Positions 57,362-64,000 of a DNA stretch of 64,000 nucleotides are shown here, piece by piece. Position 1 is the stretch's first letter. Each line of letters opens with the position of its first letter. The stretch comes from an uncultured Planctomycetales bacterium. Its GTDB lineage: Bacteria; Omnitrophota; Gorgyraeia; Gygaellales; Profunditerraquicolaceae. The DNA lies in contig CAZRVK010000009.1 of NCBI GenBank assembly GCA_964603585.1, positions 7,319 to 71,318 on the forward strand, in the 5' to 3' direction. The notes below the pieces were generated by a model that saw only the letters and a program-made list of their open reading frames with translations, was not told the DNA's origin and did not search any database. Made by a program: the position numbers and the translations under genes.

Positions 57362-57787
57362 TTACTTCTTCTCTAAATATTTGATCAACACCGACCAGGT
57401 CTTTGACCCCACGACACCGTCAGCGTTGATCCCATTTGCCTGCTGAAACTTGCGGATCGCATCTTTTGTATTAGGCCCGATCTGTCCGTCGATTGCCCCA
57501 TCATAAAAATTAGCGTTCTTTAACGCAGTTTGTATCTCTGCGCCATTGGGCATACGGATATTTTCTTCCTGCAAGGAGCGCACTGTCGACTCTAACTGCT
57601 CCAGTTTGGCCCTTAAGGCCGCGTTCTCATTGCGGAGGTTATTTAATTCAGCCGAACGCTCAAGAATAACCTTGTCTTTACCTCTGGTTTGTGATTCCAA
57701 ATTGCTGTATTCCGTTGCAGTTACACACCCGGACAAAAATAATAATGACATGGCCATTAAAACACGAAGCATTTTATCCCTCCTCAA
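57362..57787 (-). CDS. coiled-coil lipoprotein with PG_binding_1 domain
   Basis: LSGC lipobox, heptad coiled coil and PG-binding repeat. A paralog of the C-terminus of the gene at 33386-33880. Confidence 0.6.
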   Translation of the reverse strand: MRRDKMLRVLMAMSLLFLSGCVTATEYSNLESQTRGKDKVILERSAELNNLRNENAALRAKLEQLESTVRSLQEENIRMPNGAEIQTALKNANFYDGAIDGQIGPNTKDAIRKFQQANGINADGVVGSKTWSVLIKYLEKK

Positions 57788-57798
57788 AAGATTTAAAC

Positions 57799-58659
57799 CT
57801 ATTTGGATTTTACGATTATTTTTATCTTCTGCCCGCTATAAATCGTAGTCCCTGTTATATTATTCCAATCGCTTATCTGTTCTACACTGGCACCAAAACG
57901 TTTAGCTAAACCGCACAAAGTATCTTTTGGCTTAACTACATAATATAAAACTTCACCCTTCCTGCCGGATGCCTTTAACGATTTTCCATTTCGATTCAAA
58001 GGCAGATATCCTTTTAAAAGCGGTTTGGCACAATTGATCGGAAGGGCAAAATTTATATTCTGCCCCTGGGTATTTGTGGCAGTAGTAATTGCGATCACCT
58101 CCCCTTTAAGATTGAACAAAGAACCCCCGCTTGAACCACTCGAAAGCGGGACACTGACCTGGAACACCTTAAATCCCTCGTTTGTATCTCTTAGCGAACT
58201 AACCAGGCCGTCGGATACAGTATTCTCAAGGCCAATAGGGTTACCGATGGCAACAACTTTCTGCCCGACTTTTACCTGATTGCTATCCCCAAGGCTAACT
58301 GGCTTAAGGCCTTTGGCGTCTATTTTTATGATCGCAATATCTTTACGCGGGTCGATTTTCAGTATCTGCACATTATTATACTCTTTTTTATTCTTTAACC
58401 TGACCGCGATCTTTTTAGATTTATGAATAATATGCAGATTGGTGACGATCACGCCATCGGAAGTAACAATAAAACCGCTCCCCAAAGATGAGCCGCCTTT
58501 ATCCCGCATCGCCCCGATCAAAACCACGGATTCTGACTGCCGATTGTAAATACTGGAAGCGGAATATTCCGGTTTAACCGAGGCATAAGCCTCCGGGGAT
58601 AAATAAACCAGAAGAAATGCGGATATGATCGCTCTTACATATAGTCTCATTTTATCCAA
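57799..58659 (-). CDS. trypsin-like serine protease (S1C/DegP-like, no PDZ) with C-terminal LysM
   Basis: Signal peptide. His, Asp and Ser triad motifs (TNLHII, DIAIIKI, GSSGGSLF). LysM motif DTLCGLAKRFGASVEQISDWN. Confidence 0.7.
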   Translation of the reverse strand: MDKMRLYVRAIISAFLLVYLSPEAYASVKPEYSASSIYNRQSESVVLIGAMRDKGGSSLGSGFIVTSDGVIVTNLHIIHKSKKIAVRLKNKKEYNNVQILKIDPRKDIAIIKIDAKGLKPVSLGDSNQVKVGQKVVAIGNPIGLENTVSDGLVSSLRDTNEGFKVFQVSVPLSSGSSGGSLFNLKGEVIAITTATNTQGQNINFALPINCAKPLLKGYLPLNRNGKSLKASGRKGEVLYYVVKPKDTLCGLAKRFGASVEQISDWNNITGTTIYSGQKIKIIVKSK

Positions 58660-58726
58660 TTATACCGCGCCACTCTGCCTTAAACAAGAAAAAACCACGC
58701 CTTTATCCCCAAAGGCAGGAGGATGA

Positions 58727-58758
58727 CAAAAAAAGGCCGTTTCTAAAAAGAAACGGCC
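58727..58758 (-). terminator. rho-independent terminator
   Basis: GGCCGTTTC (6-nt loop) GAAACGGCC, followed by a U7 tract on the minus strand. Confidence 0.6.
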
Positions 58759-58780
58759 GAAAACAAGTTCTATATTATTT

Positions 58781-59227
58781 TTATACCTTAGATAACCTTT
58801 CCCGCACCAAATCACTTACTAACCTTCCATCTGCCTTACCGGAGATCCTGGCATTTATTTCCTTCATTACTTTACCCATATCCTTAGCGCCACAAGCAGA
58901 TATCGCAACAACCACATCCTCAATAACCTTTTTGATCTCATCCGCAGAAAGTTCTTCAGGCAGATAAGGCTTAAGCAGCTCCAATTCCTGTTTTTCTTTT
59001 TCTGCCATCTCCAACCTTCCGCCTTGGGTAAACTGTTCAATGGAATCCTGGCGCTGTTTGATCTGTTTTTTAATCAAGGAAACCACTTCGCTATCATCCA
59101 AATTGTTCTTCTTCTTTGCCACAGCAAGATTAGTGATCTCTGCCCGCAATAGACGCAATACCGAAACCTTTAGCGCATCCTGATTTTTCATAGCTTGTTT
59201 ATAATCATTAAAGATATTCTCTTCCAG
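58781..59227 (-). CDS. yqeY: GatB/YqeY domain protein
   Basis: YqeY-like sequence. The internal Met start (MLEENIFNDYKQAMKN) is preferred over the tracked start. Confidence 0.65.
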   Translation of the reverse strand: MEENIFNDYKQAMKNQDALKVSVLRLLRAEITNLAVAKKKNNLDDSEVVSLIKKQIKQRQDSIEQFTQGGRLEMAEKEKQELELLKPYLPEELSADEIKKVIEDVVVAISACGAKDMGKVMKEINARISGKADGRLVSDLVRERLSKV

Positions 59228-59244
59228 CATGAAACCTCTCCTTC

Positions 59245-60144
59245 TTACAGACAAATATATTTCTTAAAGATCTTTAACCGGCGATCCAGGTCTTTCAATC
59301 TTAAGCGGCTGGTCTTATCCATCCCGAACCCTTCCACATTGAAAGAAGCAGCGATCGTACCATAAGCCAGAGCATTCTTGATATTGCCCCGGCAAATCCT
59401 GCCGGAACGCGCTAAATACCCCATAAATCCACCGGCAAAGGTATCTCCGGCGCCAGTCGGGTCGATCACATCATCCGTAGGGAATGCCGGCAGGGAGAAA
59501 ATAAATTCCCGGCTGTAAAAAAGCACTCCGTGCTCGCCTTTTTTGATCAAGATCATCTCTGGCCCCAATGCCCGGAGTTTTTTAGCGGCACGCAGTAAAT
59601 TATTTTCCCCGGAAAGAGCCCTGGCTTCCTGATCGTTAGCCACATAGATATTCACATCTTTAAGCAAACGCAATAAGGAAGCGCGTTTGCTGTGTATCCA
59701 GAAATTCATACTGTCTAAACCGACAAAAATAGGCTTCTGCATATTCTTTAACAACTGCCGCTGAATATCCGGGTCAACATTAGCCAAGAATATATACTTT
59801 ATCTTCTTTTGCTCTTGGGCAACATGGGGGGTAAAAGCAGAAAGCACTCCCAATTGGGTATTTAAGGTAAGCGCGGTATTCAGGTCCCCCTCATATTTAC
59901 CCTCCCATTTAAAAGTCTTCCCCTTGGAGTGCAGCAAAGAGGTCAGGATAATGCCTTTTTGGTGCAGAAAATCAATATGTCTGCGCGGAAAATCCTCTCC
60001 CACTACCGCCACCAGATTGACATCGGTAAAAAGACGGGCGGACATGGCAAAATGCGCAGCAGACCCTCCGAGCATTTCTTTACGCAGGCCAAAAGGAGTT
60101 TTTACCGAATCCAAAGCTACTGTACCCAAAACCAATATACTCAT
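59245..60144 (-). CDS. PfkB-family carbohydrate/nucleoside kinase
   Basis: DPTGAGDTFAGGF motif. Start set at MSILVLGTV, which has a GAGGTGA Shine-Dalgarno. Confidence 0.65.
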   Translation of the reverse strand: MSILVLGTVALDSVKTPFGLRKEMLGGSAAHFAMSARLFTDVNLVAVVGEDFPRRHIDFLHQKGIILTSLLHSKGKTFKWEGKYEGDLNTALTLNTQLGVLSAFTPHVAQEQKKIKYIFLANVDPDIQRQLLKNMQKPIFVGLDSMNFWIHSKRASLLRLLKDVNIYVANDQEARALSGENNLLRAAKKLRALGPEMILIKKGEHGVLFYSREFIFSLPAFPTDDVIDPTGAGDTFAGGFMGYLARSGRICRGNIKNALAYGTIAASFNVEGFGMDKTSRLRLKDLDRRLKIFKKYICL

Positions 60145-60170
60145 TATCACCTCTCTATGCCTAAAAAGGT

Positions 60171-60914
60171 TTATTTTACAAACAATAAAGTAAGGACAGC
60201 CACAATTATACAATAATAACCGAAATAATACAACTTCGCCCGGTGTAAAACCAGTTTTAATGCCCAGAGTGCAAAAAGCCCGGTTAACAAACTGGCCAGA
60301 AACCCGGCAATAAGATCCGCGGAAGAGGTTTTGACTGCAAAATTCATTTTCTTCGCTTCCAGCAAAGCTGCTCCGAAAATTACCGGGATCGAAACTAAGA
60401 ATGACAACTTAAAACTAGTTTTGATATCGATCCCTCTAAATAAAAGCGCAGAAATTGTCGATCCTGAACGGGAAATCCCCGGGATGACTGCGATCCCCTG
60501 AACAATCCCAAGGATAAAAGCATCTAATAACCCAAATGATTCCTTTTTGCCCTGCATGAATCTCCTAGTTGAAATAAGCAGGATCCCGGTAATCATTAAA
60601 GACCATGCTACCTTGCCTGGGCAGTTAAAAAGGCTTTCAAAGAAATCATTGCCGGCAAACCCAATGGCTGCCGTGATTATAGTAACAAGAGCCAGCATTA
60701 AAACCAGCCGAAAATTACGCAAGGCCTCCAATATATCCTTAAAGAAGAATATAACTACAGAAAACCCTGTGCCTAAATGCAGGATGATGGTTAGAGCCAA
60801 CCCCCCCTCCTTAATCCCTAAAATATGCTCTAAGATCACCAGATGCCCGGAGCTGCTTACCGGCAGGAATTCAGTCACCCCTTGAACTATACCCAGAATA
60901 ACATATTTAAGCAT
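60171..60914 (-). CDS. uppP: undecaprenyl-diphosphatase
   Basis: VQGVTEFLPVSSSGH, 8 TM helices and a PGISRSG motif. Confidence 0.8.
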   Translation of the reverse strand: MLKYVILGIVQGVTEFLPVSSSGHLVILEHILGIKEGGLALTIILHLGTGFSVVIFFFKDILEALRNFRLVLMLALVTIITAAIGFAGNDFFESLFNCPGKVAWSLMITGILLISTRRFMQGKKESFGLLDAFILGIVQGIAVIPGISRSGSTISALLFRGIDIKTSFKLSFLVSIPVIFGAALLEAKKMNFAVKTSSADLIAGFLASLLTGLFALWALKLVLHRAKLYYFGYYCIIVAVLTLLFVK

Positions 60915-60915
60915 T

Positions 60916-61542
60916 TCAAGGGTTCCTTTCTGTGAATTCATTCATATGCTGCGGTAATCCGGCTTCGAAATGCAGGTTTTTCTTAGTTAATGGATGGATG
61001 AATTCTATTTCTTTTGCGTGCAAACATAATTTCTTTGCCCTGACTTTAAAATCGCGCCGGAAAGCGAACTTATCCTCTCCCATCAGCGGATGACCAATAC
61101 CAGCGAAGTGTATCCGGATCTGGTTGGTCCTTCCGGTCAAAAGGATGATCTCAACAACAGTATAATCCTTTTTTGTTTCCAATACTTTATAAACAGTGTG
61201 TGCAAAAACACCTTCGATGGGGCTTTTGATCTGGCTTTGCCCAGGATTAACCACGCCATGGACAAACGCAATATACTTTTTCTTAATTTGCCTTGATTTA
61301 AAAAGATCCATCATCCGCTTTTGCCATGATTTTCCTTTAGCATAAATAATCAGCCCCGAAGTGTCCCGATCAAGGCGATGACAGGGATGAAGCCGATATA
61401 ATGCGCCTTTCTCCTTTAAATCATTGTTTAGGATACTGGTCAAAGTACGTGTTTCATTCTTTGGGGTAGGAATAACGAGTAACCCTGCGGGCTTATTGAC
61501 AACCACCAACTGTTCATCCTCATAAACAACAGGGATATTCAT
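60916..61542 (-). CDS. RluA-family pseudouridine synthase
   Basis: HRLDRDTSGLIIYAKG catalytic Asp motif. Confidence 0.75.
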   Translation of the reverse strand: MNIPVVYEDEQLVVVNKPAGLLVIPTPKNETRTLTSILNNDLKEKGALYRLHPCHRLDRDTSGLIIYAKGKSWQKRMMDLFKSRQIKKKYIAFVHGVVNPGQSQIKSPIEGVFAHTVYKVLETKKDYTVVEIILLTGRTNQIRIHFAGIGHPLMGEDKFAFRRDFKVRAKKLCLHAKEIEFIHPLTKKNLHFEAGLPQHMNEFTERNP

Positions 61543-62460
61543 CTAAACTATATTCAACATAAGATCGATGGCATTCTTGGCGCGGATGCGTATTTGATCA
61601 CTGACTCTGACCTCTTCCCGCAGCTCCTCTAACGCCCAAAGCACTTTTTCCTGTGTAGTGCGTTTCATATTCGGGCAAACCGCGGCTTCGGATGCAGGAT
61701 AAAACTCCTTATCCGGAAAGTCTTTTTTTAACCTGTAGATCAGCCCGATCTCGGTTGCGACGATAATCTCCTTGGCTTGAGTTTCTTTGGCAAATTTACA
61801 CATCTGGCTGGTAGAAAGCACTTCGTCAGCCAAATCCAAGACCGCAGGCAGGCATTCCGGATGCGCAATCACCAAGGCGCGCGGATGGAACTTTTTCTCC
61901 CGCAGGATATCCTCGGGAAGTATTTTAACGTGCGTGGGACAAAAACCTTTCCAAGAAACAATCTTTCTCCCTGATTTCTTTGAAACATAATGGGCTAAAT
62001 ATTTATCCGGGATAAAAATAACCTCTTTTTTATCTTTGAAATAATTCACCACAGCCACGGCATTTGTAGAAGTACAGCAAACATCCAGCTCCGCTTTAAC
62101 CGCAGCGGGAGTATTCACGTAACCAACCACAACCGCATTGGGGTGTTTTGCGCGAAGCTCACGCACATCCTCGGGCTTGATCATATTGGCCATCGGGCAA
62201 GCGGCAAAAGGATCCGGCATAATGATCTTTTTATCCGGGCAGATGATCGAAGCCGTTTCTGCCATAAAATACACTCCGCAAAAAACAATCACCCGGGCGT
62301 CTGTCTTACTGGCCTTACGCGCAAGTTCCAGTGAATCACCGTGAAAATCTGCGACATCCTGGACCTCGGGAAGCTGGTAATTATGCGCCAGGATCACTGC
62401 CTGGCGGGCTTTCTTTAGTTCCTTTATCTTTTTTTCTATTTCCGCAAACGGTTTTAGCAT
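61543..62460 (-). CDS. nadA: quinolinate synthase A
   Basis: 305 aa, NadA family with conserved Cys ligands. Confidence 0.8.
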   Translation of the reverse strand: MLKPFAEIEKKIKELKKARQAVILAHNYQLPEVQDVADFHGDSLELARKASKTDARVIVFCGVYFMAETASIICPDKKIIMPDPFAACPMANMIKPEDVRELRAKHPNAVVVGYVNTPAAVKAELDVCCTSTNAVAVVNYFKDKKEVIFIPDKYLAHYVSKKSGRKIVSWKGFCPTHVKILPEDILREKKFHPRALVIAHPECLPAVLDLADEVLSTSQMCKFAKETQAKEIIVATEIGLIYRLKKDFPDKEFYPASEAAVCPNMKRTTQEKVLWALEELREEVRVSDQIRIRAKNAIDLMLNIV

Positions 62461-62461
62461 T

Positions 62462-63526
62462 TTAATCCAACACTCTTTCTATGATCCCGCCGCCTACAAC
62501 AATATCTCCATCATAAAACACTGCCGATTGTCCTGGAGTAATGGCAAACTGGGGTTTTTGGAAAACAACTTTGAGTTTACTGCTATAAGGAGAAATCAAA
62601 GCTTTTTCTTCTTTATGATTATACCTAATCTTTACCTGTAAAACAACCTTCTTTTTTATTACGGAAGAAACAAAGTGCGTTTTTCCTACCATAAACTGCC
62701 TGGCACAGGCATCATCCCTTTTACCAACCGTTATCCGGTTCCTCCTGGCATCGATATTAGTAACATACAGAGGATAACCGGCCGCGATTCCTAAACCACC
62801 TCTCTGGCCGAGAGTATAATAAGGAATGCCCTGATGCCTGCCCATAAGTTTCCCGGTTTTATCCACCACCTCGCCCGGGCCCGCGCTTACATGACAGTGT
62901 TCTCGCAAGAATTCCCGGTAAGACATCTTCGGGATAAAACAAATCTCCTGGCTATCTACCTTATCCGATACCGGCAAAGCAAATTTTCGCGCCAAGGCGC
63001 GAACCTCTTCTTTGGAATAATCCCCTAAAGGGAAAATAAGGTGCTTAAGCTGACGCTGCCCCAGGCGGTATAAGAAATACGACTGGTCTTTACGCAAGTC
63101 ATTGGCTTTATGCAGAAAATATCTTTTCTGCCGGGAAACTTTTGCATAATGGCCTGTTGCCATAAAAAGCGCGCCCAAGGCAATAGATTTTTTCAGGAGC
63201 GCATCAAACTTTACATACTGGTTGCATCTTACACAAGGGTTAGGTGTTCTGCCTCCTAGATACTGGAGGCAAAAATCCTTGATCACGCGTTCCTCTAACA
63301 CCTTTTGCATGTTCACGACATAATGTTTGATCCCGATCTTATGTGCCACCCTTTGGGCATCCTCGATTCCCTGAAGGCCGCAACAACTGGGCTTTCTACC
63401 AGCTGATTCTGCCAGATTAAAACACATCGTCAGCCCAATGACTTCATACCCGGCATCTTTTAACAAACAGGCTGCGACCGAGGAATCAACGCCGCCGCTC
63501 ATCGCCACAACAACACGGTCTTTCAT
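62462..63526 (-). CDS. mnmA: tRNA-specific 2-thiouridylase
   Basis: PP-loop VAMSGGVDSSVAA, 354 aa. Confidence 0.85.
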   Translation of the reverse strand: MKDRVVVAMSGGVDSSVAACLLKDAGYEVIGLTMCFNLAESAGRKPSCCGLQGIEDAQRVAHKIGIKHYVVNMQKVLEERVIKDFCLQYLGGRTPNPCVRCNQYVKFDALLKKSIALGALFMATGHYAKVSRQKRYFLHKANDLRKDQSYFLYRLGQRQLKHLIFPLGDYSKEEVRALARKFALPVSDKVDSQEICFIPKMSYREFLREHCHVSAGPGEVVDKTGKLMGRHQGIPYYTLGQRGGLGIAAGYPLYVTNIDARRNRITVGKRDDACARQFMVGKTHFVSSVIKKKVVLQVKIRYNHKEEKALISPYSSKLKVVFQKPQFAITPGQSAVFYDGDIVVGGGIIERVLD

Positions 63527-63531
63527 TGGGA

Positions 63532-64000
63532 TTATTTTGCTACCTCTACAGGATTGGTTCTGCCTGGGTTTATTAAACTATATTCGCGCATTAACAGGAT
63601 ATACCCAAAAGCTCCCGTACCCTTTATTCTCACCGGGATCCTGCGCTTATCTGCAGTAACCCAAATCTCGAATTTATCCGGCTGGCTGTCAAAACGGTAA
63701 ACCTCGAATTCTCCGGCGGGAACTTTTATTTTTTCCAAACCGGACAACCGGATAACAAAGTCTGCAGTAGGAAGCTGTACCGACAAACTCCATCCCGGCT
63801 CAATATCCGAGTAACGCCGCAGATAAAACGGCAATAAGATCGCATTATGGATAACATCGCTTTTCTGGATATGCATCAACTCCGATTTATCTCCGACAAC
63901 TTTTGTAATCGAAAGACGGTGGTTCTTCTGGTCATAATCTTCTGTGATCTGCTCATTTTTATTCCAGCCGGTTACCCGGCGAACAACCTTTATGGGGAGG
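63532..64000 (-). CDS. hypothetical protein, possibly 5'-truncated by the window edge
   Basis: The reading frame is open with no stop to 64000, and the upstream in-frame residues look like coding sequence. Alternatively it is complete, starting at ATG 63876, which has a GGAG 3 nt upstream. Confidence 0.4.
   Translation of the reverse strand, partial: LPIKVVRRVTGWNKNEQITEDYDQKNHRLSITKVVGDKSELMHIQKSDVIHNAILLPFYLRRYSDIEPGWSLSVQLPTADFVIRLSGLEKIKVPAGEFEVYRFDSQPDKFEIWVTADKRRIPVRIKGTGAFGYILLMREYSLINPGRTNPVEVAK

Overview
Dense, almost entirely minus-strand chromosomal window (GC about 42-44%) from a strictly anaerobic, probably uncultivated-lineage bacterium; I cannot name the taxon from sequence alone. 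No transposase, integrase or CRISPR array was seen. Content in order: tRNA-fMet-like, ftsB-like, eno, ftsH, purN, an Rnf complex in the atypical order rnfC-G-D-E-A-B, an MFS transporter, tRNA-Thr and cspA with divergent consensus promoters. Next is a tandem triplication of secreted FGE-sulfatase/C-type-lectin-fold proteins lying downstream of a GT-C glycosyltransferase and a polytopic-membrane::GT51 transglycosylase fusion. A trehalose module follows: TreT-like GT4, unknown gene, otsB, and a membrane sensor-HAMP::OtsA fusion. Then a leaderless Cys-rich mini-ORF between a perfect sigma70 promoter and a 22-bp perfect palindrome, tRNA-Phe, pssA-like, an SNF transporter, MazG, a cNMP-binding::ParA-like::patatin (NTE-like) phospholipase, a GH1 beta-glucosidase and a DUF457 membrane protein. 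The DUF457 gene sits behind what I read as a c-di-GMP-I (GEMM) riboswitch with an extended P3 and an intrinsic terminator. Further: MFS, dinB, gpmA, glgP, a CBS protein, a triple-REC response regulator, hydF-hydE-hydG with an aspartase-family gene and a small hydrogenase regulator, an HndABCD-type tetrameric [FeFe] hydrogenase, and a second trimeric cluster whose NuoF-like subunit is fused to an HndB-like domain and a GltD/NfnB-like NADPH oxidoreductase and whose HydA carries a TSCSP variant of the H-cluster L1 motif. The window ends with housekeeping genes (PG-binding lipoprotein, DegP-like protease with LysM, yqeY, pfkB kinase, uppP, rluA-family, nadA, mnmA). Candidate novel systems: the triplicated secreted-lectin-fold/glycosyltransferase locus, the riboswitch-controlled operon, the sensor-OtsA fusion, and the HndB-NuoF-GltD fusion hydrogenase (or Stn-like transhydrogenase).
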